Shown: positions 7,509 to 18,297, counted from the first letter of the stretch. The stretch is DNA of 64,000 nucleotides from an uncultured Gemmatimonadales bacterium (GCA_963828735.1 CAWHFW010000004.1:32001-96000); one strand, 5' to 3'. A program made the numbers and translations. The notes: generated from the sequence alone by a model not told the origin.

Positions 7509-9907
7509 ACATCTCACTGCGCTGGCTCCAGGACTTTCTCCGCCGCGAGCTCGACGCGGCGGATGTCACCCATCGCCTGGCGATGCTCGGCGCGCCGGTC
7601 GACGCCGTTGAGCCGCTGTACGCCGAGCTGGCGCCGTTCGTCGTCGCGCAGGTGCTCGAGGTCGGGGCGCACCCCGATCCCAAGGCGACGAAGGTCCGTC
7701 TGACCAAGGTGGACGACGGCACGGGCACACCGCTGACGGTGGTCTGCGGCGCGCCCAACGTGGCCGCCGGCAAGCGCTACCCGTTCGCCCGGCTTGGCAC
7801 CCGCATGCCGGGGCCCAAGGGCTTCACGATCGAGCCTCGTCCCATTCGCGGCGTCGTGAGCCAGGGCATGCTGTGCTCGGCCCGCGAGCTGGGTCTTGGA
7901 GATGAGCACGACGGCATCCTGGAGCTCGACACCGACGTCGCGCCCGGGACGCCCTTCCTCGACGCGGTGCCGCTGGCCGACACGCGCCTCGTCGTGGACG
8001 TCACGCCCAACCGCCCGGACCTGCTCTGCCACAAGGGCGTTGCGCGGGAGCTTTCGGCGTCGTACGGGACGCCCTTCCGGCTGCCGCGGATTCCCGGGGC
8101 CGAGCATCTCGACGTGCCCGCGGCCCGGCACACGGGCGCGACCGACGCCGTGGCGGGGCTTGGGATCGCGATCGAGGATGCGGAGTCCTGCCCGCGCTTT
8201 CACGCCGCGGTGATCCGTGGCGCCACAGTGGGCCCCTCGCCGGAGTGGCTCCGGCGCCGGCTCGAGGCCGTGGGCCTGCGCTCGATCAACAACGTGGTCG
8301 ACGCGACCAACTATGTGATGTTCGAGCTGAACCAGCCCATGCACGCGTACGACCTCGCCAAGCTGCGCGGTGGCCGCCTGGTGGTTCGTCGCGCGCATGC
8401 CGGTGAGCGGCTCGTGACGCTGGACGACGTCGAGCGCCCGCTCACGCCGGAGATGGTGGCGATCGGCGATGGAGAAGGCGTGATCGGTCTCGCCGGCGTC
8501 ATGGGCGGCGCGACCACCGAGGTGAGCGGCGAGAGCCGCGACATCCTGCTCGAGGCGGCCGTGTGGGACCCCGCGCGAACCCGGCGCACCCGTCGTACGC
8601 TGAACCTGAGCACCGAGGCGAGCTACCGGTTCGAGCGGGGGATCGATCGCTGGGGAGGAGAAGCGGCCATGCGTCGGTGCATCGAGCTGGTGCTCGCCAC
8701 CGCCGGGGGCACGCTCGCGGACGCGCCGCTCGATCTGTGCCCTGCGCCGTCCTACCCGCCGCGCGTCTTCCTCCGTCCGTCACGCGTTGCGCAGGTGCTC
8801 GGCGTCGAGCTTCCATGGGCCGAGCTGGAGCGGCACCTCGTTGCGATCGGCGCGACCGTGGTCAGCAAGCCCGAGGACGCGCGGATCGCCGTGGACGTGC
8901 CGGGCTGGCGGCCGGACCTAAGGCGTGAGATCGACCTGGTGGAGGAGATCGCGCGGCTCCATGGGTACGACAGCTTCCCGTCCGATCTCCGGCCCTTCCG
9001 CGTCGGCAACCTTCCCGACGCACCCGAGGAAGCGGTGAGCGCCGGCGTCCGCCGCGGCCTGGTCGCCGAAGGCTTCTACGAGGTGGTGAGCCTGCCGATG
9101 GGTGCCGACGACGGCCCCGAGAGCGTTCGGCTGGTCAATCCGCTGGCGGCAGACGAGGCCTGGCTCCGCCGCCGCCTGCTGCCGGGCCTGGTGCGCCTGG
9201 TGGAGGCGAACTGGGCCAACCACGAGGCCGACGTGCGCCTGTTCGAGATCGGGACGGCGTTCGCCGCCGGGCCGTCCGGCGAGCGCCCGCGCGAGGAGCG
9301 GCGGGTTGCCGTGGTTCTCACGGGTCGGCGGGAGCCCGCCCACTGGACGGCGTCGGCCACGCCGACCTTCGACCTCTGGGACCTCAAGGGCCGACTCGAC
9401 GCTGCGGTCGCTCTGGCGATTCCCGATGCCGAGGTGCAGGTTGAAGATCAGGCCTGGGTGGTCCGGGACCGAGCGGGTCGCATCGTCGGCGGCGGTGGTC
9501 CCTTGTCGGCCGATGCTCCGCCTTGGGCCGCGCCCCTGTTCGGGTTCGAGCTGCTCATCGATCCGGCGCCCCGTCGCCCGGCCCCCTTCACGCCGCTGCC
9601 CACGACACCTTCGTCCGAGCGGGTGCTCGCTCTCCTTCTGGCCGAAGGGGTGCGAGTGCGGCAGGTCGAGGACGTGGTTCGACGCGCGGGCAGCCCGCTG
9701 CTCGAGCGGATGGACGTCGAGAGCGACTACCGCGGTGCCGAACTGCCGCCCGGAACGCGGAGCGTCGCGTTCCGCCTGACGTTTCGCGCGCCCGACCGCA
9801 CGCTTCGCGACAACGAGGTCGACGAGGCCGAGACGCGGATCCTGGCTGCCTTGGCCGCCGAGTTGGGCATCCAGCGACGGGATGGCCAGTCCCGCACCGG
9901 AGGGTGA
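7505..9907 (+). CDS. pheT: Phenylalanine--tRNA ligase beta subunit
   Basis: MNISLRWL, VVCGAPNV, SQGMLCS, TPNRPD, INNVVDATNY, DLVEEIARLHGYD and C-terminal FDX-ACB domain; ATGA overlap with pheS. Confidence 0.97.
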   Translation: MNISLRWLQDFLRRELDAADVTHRLAMLGAPVDAVEPLYAELAPFVVAQVLEVGAHPDPKATKVRLTKVDDGTGTPLTVVCGAPNVAAGKRYPFARLGTRMPGPKGFTIEPRPIRGVVSQGMLCSARELGLGDEHDGILELDTDVAPGTPFLDAVPLADTRLVVDVTPNRPDLLCHKGVARELSASYGTPFRLPRIPGAEHLDVPAARHTGATDAVAGLGIAIEDAESCPRFHAAVIRGATVGPSPEWLRRRLEAVGLRSINNVVDATNYVMFELNQPMHAYDLAKLRGGRLVVRRAHAGERLVTLDDVERPLTPEMVAIGDGEGVIGLAGVMGGATTEVSGESRDILLEAAVWDPARTRRTRRTLNLSTEASYRFERGIDRWGGEAAMRRCIELVLATAGGTLADAPLDLCPAPSYPPRVFLRPSRVAQVLGVELPWAELERHLVAIGATVVSKPEDARIAVDVPGWRPDLRREIDLVEEIARLHGYDSFPSDLRPFRVGNLPDAPEEAVSAGVRRGLVAEGFYEVVSLPMGADDGPESVRLVNPLAADEAWLRRRLLPGLVRLVEANWANHEADVRLFEIGTAFAAGPSGERPREERRVAVVLTGRREPAHWTASATPTFDLWDLKGRLDAAVALAIPDAEVQVEDQAWVVRDRAGRIVGGGGPLSADAPPWAAPLFGFELLIDPAPRRPAPFTPLPTTPSSERVLALLLAEGVRVRQVEDVVRRAGSPLLERMDVESDYRGAELPPGTRSVAFRLTFRAPDRTLRDNEVDEAETRILAALAAELGIQRRDGQSRTGG

Positions 9908-10221
9908 CCGTGGCACACACATACGAGCGTCCCGATCTCGCCGCGCTGGCCGAGCTCGAGCACGTCCTCGGCAACATGGCGGAAGAGCTGGGCGCGTGGC
10001 GCCGCCGGTGCCTCAAGGCCGAGGCCGAGCTCAAGGAGGCGCAGGCCAGCGGCGGTGTGGTGGCCGGGACCGAGCTCAAGGAGTCGCGCCAGCGCGTCAT
10101 CGACCTGGAGACCGAGAACCAGGCGCTGCGGCAGCGCATCGACTTGGCCAAGGAGCGGCTCCGGGTCCTGGCCGCTCGGCTGTCCTTCCTCGAGCAGCAC
10201 GGCGGAGGCAACGCGGCATGA
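9904..10221 (+). CDS. Coiled-coil protein, ZapB-like
   Basis: Heptad-rich sequence (LETENQALRQRI); sits between pheT and zapA with start/stop overlaps. Confidence 0.65.
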   Translation: MTVAHTYERPDLAALAELEHVLGNMAEELGAWRRRCLKAEAELKEAQASGGVVAGTELKESRQRVIDLETENQALRQRIDLAKERLRVLAARLSFLEQHGGGNAA

Positions 10222-10529
10222 GCCAGGCCAAGAATGCCGTGAAGGTGGTCATCGGCGGCGAGGAGTTCACCGTCCGCTCCGAGCTCCCACCGGAGTACAC
10301 GCGCGAGGTCGCGGCCTATCTCGACGCTGCCCTCAAGCGCGTGCGCGATTCGCTGCCGATGGTCGAGACCCACAAGGCCGCCATCCTCGCGGCCCTGGCG
10401 ATCACCGACGAGCTGTTCCAGGCTCGCCGCGACGATCGCCAGATCGCGGACCGGCTCTCCAATCTCGGCGCCGAGTTCGCCCGCATGCTGCCGCCGGCCA
10501 AGCGCGGCGGCCGCGCGACCGCCTCCTAG
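10218..10529 (+). CDS. zapA: Cell division protein ZapA
   Basis: VKVVIGGEEFTV..VAAYLD..AAILAALAITDELF. Confidence 0.9.
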   Translation: MSQAKNAVKVVIGGEEFTVRSELPPEYTREVAAYLDAALKRVRDSLPMVETHKAAILAALAITDELFQARRDDRQIADRLSNLGAEFARMLPPAKRGGRATAS

Positions 10530-10542
10530 CGGAGACTCTCCG

Positions 10543-12123
10543 ATGCCCCAGCAACTCGTGCTGCCCGCCCTGGTGGGCGTGGTGGCCGGTTTCATCGTGG
10601 CGCTCGCGGTCGTCGCCGTGAACGCTCAGCGGCAGCGGAAGGCGGCCACCAGCATCCTCGGCGGTGCCCGGGCGGAGGCTGAGCGCCTTCGCACGGAAAC
10701 CCTCAGGGAGAGCGAGGCGGCACGGCAGGAGGTGCTGGTCGCGGCCAAGATGGAAGCGCTCAAGCAGCGGGAGGATCTCGACCGGGAAGGCGTCCGTCGG
10801 CGGGAGGAGTGGGAGCGGCTGGAGCGTCGGGCGGACGAGCGCACGCGCCTCCAGGAGCGCAAGCTCGAGGAGCTCGAGGGGCGCGACCACGGTCTGGCCA
10901 AGCGCGAGGAGACCTTGTCCCAGCGGGAGCAGGCGCTCCGGGCGCGCGAGGGCGAGGCCGATCGCCTGGCGCAGGAGCAGCGGATCAAGCTCGAGCGCAT
11001 CGCGGGCCTGAGCGCGGAGGACGCGCGGCGGGAGATCCTCCAGCGCGTGGAGGACGAGTCGCGGGCCCAGGCGCAGGCGCTCGCCCGCGACATCAAGGAG
11101 CAGGCGAAGCGCGGCGCCGATCGCGAGGCGCGCCGCATCATCTCCATGGCCATCCAGCGCCTCGCCGCGGAGCACACGGCGGAGAGCACGGTGTCGGCCG
11201 TCCCGCTCCCGAGCGAGGAAATGAAGGGCCGGATCATCGGCCGGGAAGGCCGGAACATCCGCGCGTTCGAGACAGCCACGGGCGTCGACGTCATCATCGA
11301 CGATACCCCGGACACGGTGAGCGTAAGCTGCTTCGACCCTATCCGGCGCGAGGTGGCCCGCCGGTCGCTCGAAGCGCTGATCCTGGACGGCCGCATCCAT
11401 CCGGGGCGCATCGAGGAGGTCGTGCAGAAGGCCCAGAAGGAGCTCGAGGGCCAGTTGGTCGAGCTCGGCGAACAGGCCGCCTACGATACCGGGATTCACG
11501 GCCTGCATCCCGAGCTGATCAAGCTGGTCGGACGGATGCGCTACCGGACATCCTACGGGCAGAACATCTACGATCACTCGAAGGAAGTGGCGTGGCTCGC
11601 CGGCATGATGGCGGGCGAGCTGCACCTGGACGTCGCGCTGGCCAAGCGGGGCGGGTTGCTGCACGACGTGGGCAAGGTGCTCACCCATGACAACGAGGGC
11701 ACGCACGTTGAGCTGGGCGTGGAGGTCGCTCGCCGGTTCGGGGAGAGCGCCGCGGTGGTGAACTGCATCCAGGCCCACCACGACGACGTGCCGCACGAGA
11801 GCGCCGAGTCTGTGCTGGTGCAGGCCGCCGACGCGATCAGCGGCGCGCGGCCCGGCGCGCGCCGCGAGGCGTTCGAGACCTACGTGAAGCGCCTCACGAA
11901 GCTGGAGGAGATCGCCAACGGGTTCCCGGGCGTCGAGAAGAGCAACGTGATCCAGGCCGGCCGCGAGGTCCGGGTGGTGGTCACTCCGGACCGCATCGAC
12001 GACGCGGCCGCGGCCCAACTGTCGGAGACCATCGCGCGCCGGATCGAGAACGAGCTGCAGTACCCGGGACAGATCAAGGTCGTCGTCATCAGGGAGACCA
12101 GGGCCGTGGACTACGCACGATGA
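10543..12123 (+). CDS. rny: Ribonuclease Y
   Basis: N-terminal TM helix, coiled coil, KH domain ([14 protein letters not shown]), HD domain (LLHDVGK) and YPGQIKV end. Confidence 0.97.
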   Translation: MPQQLVLPALVGVVAGFIVALAVVAVNAQRQRKAATSILGGARAEAERLRTETLRESEAARQEVLVAAKMEALKQREDLDREGVRRREEWERLERRADERTRLQERKLEELEGRDHGLAKREETLSQREQALRAREGEADRLAQEQRIKLERIAGLSAEDARREILQRVEDESRAQAQALARDIKEQAKRGADREARRIISMAIQRLAAEHTAESTVSAVPLPSEEMKGRIIGREGRNIRAFETATGVDVIIDDTPDTVSVSCFDPIRREVARRSLEALILDGRIHPGRIEEVVQKAQKELEGQLVELGEQAAYDTGIHGLHPELIKLVGRMRYRTSYGQNIYDHSKEVAWLAGMMAGELHLDVALAKRGGLLHDVGKVLTHDNEGTHVELGVEVARRFGESAAVVNCIQAHHDDVPHESAESVLVQAADAISGARPGARREAFETYVKRLTKLEEIANGFPGVEKSNVIQAGREVRVVVTPDRIDDAAAAQLSETIARRIENELQYPGQIKVVVIRETRAVDYAR

Positions 12124-13007
12124 GTGCGCGCATTCTCGACGGCGTGCCGCTCGCTGATGCCATCCGCGCCGAGGTGGCCGAGAGGGTCAAGACCCATCGT
12201 GGCAGCGGTCGGACACCGGGGCTGGCGGTGGTGATCGTCGGGGAAAACCCGGCGAGTCAGGTGTACGTGAAGGCCAAGGGCAAGGCGTGCGAAGAGGCGG
12301 GCATGCATTCCGAGACCGTCCGCCTGCCCGAGACGACCACCGAGGCCGAGCTCCTGGCGGTGGTGGAGCGGCTCAACCGCGATCCCCGGATCCACGGCTT
12401 CCTCGTCCAGCTTCCGCTGCCGGCGCACGTCAACGGCGAACGGGTCCTCAACGCCATCGATCCCGCCAAGGACGTGGACGGGTTCCATCCGGTGAACGTC
12501 GGCAAGCTCAGCATCGGCGACCCGACGGCGCTCAAGCCGGCCACCCCGTTCGGCGTGCAGCAGATGCTGGTCCGGTCGGGCATCGAGACCAAGGGCGCCA
12601 ACGCGGTGATCGTCGGCCGCTCGAACATCGTGGGCAAGCCGATGGCGAGCCTGCTGATCCAGCCCGGGAAGGGCGGGGACGCGACGGTCACGGTCTGCCA
12701 CTCCAAGACGCGCGACCTGCCCGGCGTCTGCCGGTCGGCCGATATCCTGGTCGTCGCGATGGGCAAGCCCGAGTTCGTGACTGCCGACATGGTGCGTCCG
12801 GGAGCGACGGTGATCGACGTCGGCATCAATCGCGTGGATGACGCGTCCCAGGCGAAGGGCTATCGCATCGTCGGCGACGTGGCGTACGAGCCCGTCGCGG
12901 ACGTGGCCGGCGCGATCACGCCGGTGCCCGGCGGCGTGGGACGGATGACGATCGCCATGCTGCTCCAGAATACCGTGCAGGCCTTCGAGCAGGCCGCGGC
13001 GTCATGA
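12120..13007 (+). CDS. folD: Methylenetetrahydrofolate dehydrogenase/cyclohydrolase
   Basis: [32 protein letters not shown] and ITPVPGGVG motifs. Confidence 0.97.
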   Translation: MSARILDGVPLADAIRAEVAERVKTHRGSGRTPGLAVVIVGENPASQVYVKAKGKACEEAGMHSETVRLPETTTEAELLAVVERLNRDPRIHGFLVQLPLPAHVNGERVLNAIDPAKDVDGFHPVNVGKLSIGDPTALKPATPFGVQQMLVRSGIETKGANAVIVGRSNIVGKPMASLLIQPGKGGDATVTVCHSKTRDLPGVCRSADILVVAMGKPEFVTADMVRPGATVIDVGINRVDDASQAKGYRIVGDVAYEPVADVAGAITPVPGGVGRMTIAMLLQNTVQAFEQAAAS

Positions 13008-13069
13008 CGGCGCGGCGCGAAGATGCCGGGAGCACCGAAGGCCACCCGGCGCCGATGGTCGCCGCGGCC

Positions 13070-13093
13070 CTCCGTGCCTCCGTGTCTCCGTCC
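13070..13093 (+). repeat. Octamer tandem repeat CTCCGTSY x3
   Basis: CTCCGTGC CTCCGTGT CTCCGTCC; core is the reverse complement of the ACGGAG repeats at 5722. Confidence 0.55.
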
Positions 13094-13129
13094 TGAACTG
13101 ACGCAGCCACCCATCCGGCACGACGCACC

Positions 13130-14287
13130 ATGGCATTCTCCCACCAGATGGACCTCATCTCTCCCGCTGACGACGTCTGGTCGGTCACCCGGCTCACGAC
13201 CGCCGCGAAGCGGCTGATCGAGGGCCATCTGCCGGCCATCTGGGTGCGGGGTGAGGTCACGGGCTGCAGAGTCTATCCCAGCGGTCACTGCTATTTCACG
13301 CTCCGTGACACGATGTGCCAGGTCCGCTGCTGCCTGTGGAAGGGCGACATGCCCCGGGCGGGCAAGGCGCCGGCGGACGGGACCGAGGTCTACGTGCTGG
13401 CCCGGCCCGGGATCTACGAGGTCAAGGGCGAGTTCCAGCTCAACGTGCAGCGCATCCTTCCCACCTCGGCGATCGGCCAGGCGCAGCAGGAGCTCGAGCG
13501 GGTCAAGACCCTGCTGCAGAAGGACGGGCTGTTCGACGCCACGCGAAAGCGACGGCTGCCCGAGTTCGCGAGTACGCTCGCCGTGGTCACCAGCACGGCC
13601 GGCGCGGCGCTGCGGGACGTGATCACCGTCGCGCGGCGCCGGTGGCCGAGCGCTCGGCTGCTCGTGGTGAACGCGCGGGTGCAAGGGGACGGCGCCGTCG
13701 AGGCGCTCGTCCGGGCGCTCGGAATGGTCAATCGCCTGCCCGAGGTGGATGCCTGCATCGTCGGCCGGGGCGGCGGCGGGCGCGAGGACCTCGCGGCGTT
13801 CAACGCGGAAGCGGTTTGCCGGGCGCTCGCCGCGGTGCGCGTGCCCACCATCTCCGCCGTGGGCCACGAGACCGACATCTCGCTCACCGACCTGGTGGCC
13901 GACGTTCGCGCGCCGACGCCTTCGGCGGCCGCGGAGCTGGCGCTGCCCGATCACCGCGAAGTGCGCCGCGCGCTGGACGACCTCGCCGCACGCCTTGCCG
14001 GCGGGCTGGGCAACCGGGCGCGCCTCGGTCTCGAGCGCGTCGAGCGCGCCGGCGACCGCCTGGATGCCGCGCTCGAGGCCGTGCTCGACCGGCACCGCCA
14101 CCAGCTCGCCCGGCTCACGGCCCAGCTCGACGCGCTGAGCCCGCTGCGCGTGCTCGAGCGCGGCTACGCGGTCGCCACCGCCCCCGATGGCCGCGTGCTC
14201 AAGCGCCGAGCGGACTTCGCGCCCGCCGCGACCTTCAGCCTGCGGGTCTCCGACGGCCGCGTCGGCGCCCGCGTGGAGCCCGAATGA
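13130..14287 (+). CDS. xseA: Exodeoxyribonuclease VII large subunit
   Basis: WVRGEV..SGHCYFTLRD, RGGG..EDL, SAVGHETD, RAPTPSAAAE and LSPLRVLERGY motifs. Confidence 0.95.
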   Translation: MAFSHQMDLISPADDVWSVTRLTTAAKRLIEGHLPAIWVRGEVTGCRVYPSGHCYFTLRDTMCQVRCCLWKGDMPRAGKAPADGTEVYVLARPGIYEVKGEFQLNVQRILPTSAIGQAQQELERVKTLLQKDGLFDATRKRRLPEFASTLAVVTSTAGAALRDVITVARRRWPSARLLVVNARVQGDGAVEALVRALGMVNRLPEVDACIVGRGGGGREDLAAFNAEAVCRALAAVRVPTISAVGHETDISLTDLVADVRAPTPSAAAELALPDHREVRRALDDLAARLAGGLGNRARLGLERVERAGDRLDAALEAVLDRHRHQLARLTAQLDALSPLRVLERGYAVATAPDGRVLKRRADFAPAATFSLRVSDGRVGARVEPE

Positions 14288-14499
14288 CGACGATCGCCGA
14301 AGACCTCGCGCGGCTCGAGGACATCGTCCGGAAGCTCGAGGCGGACGACGTCGAGCTCGACGCCGCGCTCGCCCTGTTCGAGGAAGGGGTGGCGCGCCTC
14401 CGCGCCGCGCGCGAGCGGCTCGCGGCCGCGGATCTCAAGGTCCAAGCCGTGCTCGAGGAAGCCGGCGGAGAGCTCCGGCTCCGGGACATGGATGCGTGA
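14284..14499 (+). CDS. xseB: Exodeoxyribonuclease VII small subunit
   Basis: LARLEDIVRKLE..LDAALALFEEG; follows xseA with an ATGA overlap. Confidence 0.93.
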   Translation: MTTIAEDLARLEDIVRKLEADDVELDAALALFEEGVARLRAARERLAAADLKVQAVLEEAGGELRLRDMDA

Positions 14500-15418
14500 G
14501 CGCGCGGTAGCCGACCCGGCCAACGGCTCGGCAGCCGACCTGCTGGCAGACGCGCGCGAGCGTGCCGACGCGGTGCTCGCCAACTGGGCGGCGCGGCTGG
14601 CGGCCGAGATCGGCGGCCGGCACGGCGACGCGCTGCGCTACGCGCTCCTGACACCGGGCAAGCGTGTGCGCGCCGCCCTCGTCCTGGCGGCGTACCGCTC
14701 GGTGGGGGGTCCTTCACCGTCGGCGGCCGGCGTGGCAGCGGCCGTGGAGACGGTGCACGCCTACTCCCTGGTCCACGACGACCTCCCCTGCATGGACGAC
14801 GACGATCTCCGGCGCGGCCGCCCGACGACGCACCGGCAGTTCGACGTCCCGACGGCCACCCGGGTGGGCTTCCTGCTCGTCCCGGTGGCCGCGCGCGTAC
14901 TCGCGGAGGCCGCCGCCGAGCTCGGTCTTCCCCCGGGCACGCTGGGGCGGATGGCGGAGGTGCTGTTCCAGGCCGGGGGCATCGAGGGCATGGTGGGCGG
15001 ACAATGGCTCGACCTCGAGGCCGAAGGCCGGACCCTCGGCCTCGAGCAGCTGATGGAGGTGCATCGCGGGAAGACGGGCGCGCTGATCCGGGCGTCGTGC
15101 ACCCTGGGAGGCATCGCGGGGCTCGCGCCACCCGACCAGGTCGCCGCGCTCACCGCGTTCGGCGAGGACGTCGGCCTCGCGTTCCAGATCGCGGATGACG
15201 TGCTCGACTGCACCGGGACCAGCGAGGAGCTGGGGAAGACCGCCGGCCGGGATGCCGCTCTCGCCAAGTCCACCTACGTGCGGCTCCTCGGTGTGGACGG
15301 CGCGCGACGCGAGGCCGACGCACTGGCGCGCAGCGCGGTCGAGCATCTGGACCGCGCGGGGCTGCCGTCGGGGGCACTGGGGGCCCTGGCTGGGTATATT
15401 GCGAGCAGGAAATCCTGA
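14492..15418 (+). CDS. ispA: Polyprenyl (farnesyl/geranyl) diphosphate synthase
   Basis: GKRVR, HAYSLVHDDLPCMDDDDLRRGRPT, GQWLD, KTG and FQIADDVLD motifs. Confidence 0.93.
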   Translation: MRERAVADPANGSAADLLADARERADAVLANWAARLAAEIGGRHGDALRYALLTPGKRVRAALVLAAYRSVGGPSPSAAGVAAAVETVHAYSLVHDDLPCMDDDDLRRGRPTTHRQFDVPTATRVGFLLVPVAARVLAEAAAELGLPPGTLGRMAEVLFQAGGIEGMVGGQWLDLEAEGRTLGLEQLMEVHRGKTGALIRASCTLGGIAGLAPPDQVAALTAFGEDVGLAFQIADDVLDCTGTSEELGKTAGRDAALAKSTYVRLLGVDGARREADALARSAVEHLDRAGLPSGALGALAGYIASRKS

Positions 15419-15532
15419 ACGGCGGTCGTCGGTCCTCAGCCGTCCGCTGCGCCTGAGCGCGCGGTGGACGGCCCGGATTCGTTTGCGACCCGCGACTGCC
15501 TGTAACCGTGGCCTACGACCAACGACTCCGCC

Positions 15533-17431
15533 ATGACACTCCTGTCCGCCATTCGCTCGCCCGCCGACCTCAAGCGGCTGCGCCGGGATCAGCTGCCGCA
15601 GCTTGCGCAGGAGATCCGCGACCGACTGATCGAGTGCGTCTCCCTTACGGGCGGCCATATCGGCGCGAGCCTCGGCGTCGTGGAGCTCTGCATCGCACTG
15701 CTCTACGAGTTCGATTCCCCCGGGGACAAGATGGTCTGGGACGTGGGGCACCAGGCCTACGCCTGGAAGCTGCTCACGGGCCGGAACGACGAGTTCCCGA
15801 CGCTCCGCCAGCGCGACGGCGTGTCGGGATTTCTCAAGCGCACCGAGAGCGAGCACGACCAGTTCGGGGCGGGGCATGCCGGGACCGCGATGTCCGCGGC
15901 GCTCGGCATGGCCACCGCCCGCGACCTCAAGGGCGAGGGCCACAAGGTCGTCGCCATCGTCGGTGACGGCGCGCTCACCTGCGGCCTCTCGTACGAGGGC
16001 ATGAACAACGCGGGGCACTCCGACCGCGACATCATCCTGATCGTCAACGACAACGGGATGTCCATCTCTCCCAACGTCGGCGCGATCAGCACCACGCTCG
16101 GCCGGATCGTGGCTGACCCCCGCACCAACCGGGTGCGCGAGAAGATCAAGGGGCTGACCATCGCGCTGGGCGGCGTCTTCGGCGAGGGCGTGGTGGACTT
16201 CGCCAAGAACGTCGAAGAGAGCGTCAAGAACCTCTTCTCGCCGGGGATGCTGTTCGAGGAGCTCGGCTTCCGTTACTTCGGGCCGATCGATGGGCACGAC
16301 CTCCCCAAGCTCTGCGATACGCTTCGGTTCGTCCGCGGCATGACCGGGCCCCGGGTGATCCACGTGATGACCCAGAAGGGCAAGGGCTTCGGCTTCGCCG
16401 AGAACAACCAGGAGAAGTGGCACGGCCTGGCGGCCTACGACCCCGTCACCGGCGAGGCGCGAAAGAAGGCGAGTGGCCCTCCGGCGTGGACGCAGGTCTT
16501 CGGCGACGGACTCACGGCGCTCGGGGTCGAGCACCCCGAGCTCGTCGCGATCACCGCGGCGATGCCGAGCGGGACCGGCACGAACATCTTCCAGAAGAAA
16601 TTTCCCGAGCGGTTCTTCGACGTGGGGATCGCGGAGGGCCACGCCGTCACCTTCGCGGGCGGGCTCGCGACGCAGGGCATCCGGCCGGTGGTCGCGATCT
16701 ACAGCACGTTCCTCCAGCGCGCCTACGACAACGTCATCCACGACATCGCCGTGCAGCACTTGCCCGTGATCTTCTGCATGGACCGCGCGGGACTCGTCGG
16801 AGAGGACGGCCAGACCCACATGGGCCTGTACGACATCGCCTACATGCTCGCGGTGCCCGGTATGACCGTGACGGCGCCGAAGGACGGCGACGAGCTGATC
16901 GGCCTCCTGCGGACGGCGCTCGACCACACCGACGGGCCGTTCTGCACCCGCTACCCGCGGGACAAGGCCCCGGCCGATCCGCGGCCCGCGGCGGAGATCC
17001 CGCCGGTCCCATACGGGACCTGGGAGCGGCTCCGGGGTGGGAAGGACGTGGCCATTCTGGCGGTGGGCACGATGGTACCGCCCGCACAGCACGCCGCGGA
17101 GCTGCTCGCAGCCGATGGGATCGATTGCGCCGTCATCAATGCGCGCTTCCTCAAGCCGCTCGACCATTCCATGCTCGAGCTGCTGCTCCAGGAGCACCGC
17201 ACGATCGTGACGGTGGAAGAGGGCACCATCGTCAACGGCTTCGGCGCGTACGTCGCCGAGACGCTCCAGACGACGCACCCCGAGGTGCGGGTCGTCGCCC
17301 TCGGCGTGCCCGACCGGCTGATCGAGCAGGCGCCCCGCGCCGAGCAGCTCGAGCTCCACGGCCTCACCGCCGCCGGCATCGCCCGCCGGATCACCGCGCT
17401 GCAGCACGAGGAGAGCCTCGAGGCGCGATGA
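15533..17431 (+). CDS. dxs: 1-deoxy-D-xylulose-5-phosphate synthase
   Basis: GGHIGASLGVVEL, WDVGHQAY, GDGA..NDN, DVGIAEGHA, IYSTFLQRAYD and DRAG motifs. Confidence 0.97.
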   Translation: MTLLSAIRSPADLKRLRRDQLPQLAQEIRDRLIECVSLTGGHIGASLGVVELCIALLYEFDSPGDKMVWDVGHQAYAWKLLTGRNDEFPTLRQRDGVSGFLKRTESEHDQFGAGHAGTAMSAALGMATARDLKGEGHKVVAIVGDGALTCGLSYEGMNNAGHSDRDIILIVNDNGMSISPNVGAISTTLGRIVADPRTNRVREKIKGLTIALGGVFGEGVVDFAKNVEESVKNLFSPGMLFEELGFRYFGPIDGHDLPKLCDTLRFVRGMTGPRVIHVMTQKGKGFGFAENNQEKWHGLAAYDPVTGEARKKASGPPAWTQVFGDGLTALGVEHPELVAITAAMPSGTGTNIFQKKFPERFFDVGIAEGHAVTFAGGLATQGIRPVVAIYSTFLQRAYDNVIHDIAVQHLPVIFCMDRAGLVGEDGQTHMGLYDIAYMLAVPGMTVTAPKDGDELIGLLRTALDHTDGPFCTRYPRDKAPADPRPAAEIPPVPYGTWERLRGGKDVAILAVGTMVPPAQHAAELLAADGIDCAVINARFLKPLDHSMLELLLQEHRTIVTVEEGTIVNGFGAYVAETLQTTHPEVRVVALGVPDRLIEQAPRAEQLELHGLTAAGIARRITALQHEESLEAR

Positions 17432-18297
17432 AGGTCGGCGTCGTCGGCAACCCGCGGTACCGCGATCTCAAGGCGGTCCTCGAGCACGTCGCCCGCCAGG
17501 CGCCGTACCGCGGCATCGAGCTGTGCAGCGAGCAGCGGCTGGGCGAGTTCTGGCCGCGCGACATCGCTCCGTTGGAGGGCGCAGAGCTCGACGCGCTCCT
17601 AACCTTCGGGGGCGACGGCACCTTGCTCCGCGGCGCCCGTCTAACCGCGGGGCGCGAGATCCCCATTCTCGGCGTCAACCTCGGCCGGGTCGGCTTCCTG
17701 ACCACGGCCACCCGCGAGACGCTCGAGCCCGCGCTCGACGCGCTGGTGGCGGGCCGCTACGTGATCGAGCGCCGGCAGGCGCTGCAGGCGGCGATCAAGG
17801 ACGGCAACGGCGACCACCGGGTGAGCCAGCTGGCGGTCAACGACGTGGCGGTGCACAAGGGGGGCGTCGCGCGTGTGGTGCGCGTGAACGTGTTCATCCA
17901 GGGCGAGAACGTGGGGCCGTACAGCGCCGACGGCATCATCGTGGCGACGCCGACGGGATCGACGGCGTACAGCCTGAGCGCGGGCGGCCCCATCGTCGTG
18001 CCTGGGGTCGAGGCGCTCATCGTGACGCCGATCGCCGCGCACACGCTGGCCGTTCGTCCGCTCGTGGTTCCGGCGACGTACCGCGTCGTCATCGAGCCCA
18101 TGGCGGGTTGGGCCGACGACCTGCTGGTCTCGTTCGACGGGCAGTCCGGCAGCACGCTCGCGCCGGGTGAGAGCGTGGACGTCCGCCGCGCCGACCACCG
18201 CGTCTGCCTCATCCGCCTCGGCGGCGACGGATTCTTCAGCCGGATGCGGCAGAAGCTGCACTGGGGAGATCTGTCGGAGCGGGAGGCCGTGCGGTAA
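17428..18297 (+). CDS. nadK: NAD(+) kinase
   Basis: GGDGTLL, GVNLGRVGFL and DGIIVATPTGSTAYSLSAGGP motifs. Confidence 0.95.
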   Translation: MKVGVVGNPRYRDLKAVLEHVARQAPYRGIELCSEQRLGEFWPRDIAPLEGAELDALLTFGGDGTLLRGARLTAGREIPILGVNLGRVGFLTTATRETLEPALDALVAGRYVIERRQALQAAIKDGNGDHRVSQLAVNDVAVHKGGVARVVRVNVFIQGENVGPYSADGIIVATPTGSTAYSLSAGGPIVVPGVEALIVTPIAAHTLAVRPLVVPATYRVVIEPMAGWADDLLVSFDGQSGSTLAPGESVDVRRADHRVCLIRLGGDGFFSRMRQKLHWGDLSEREAVR

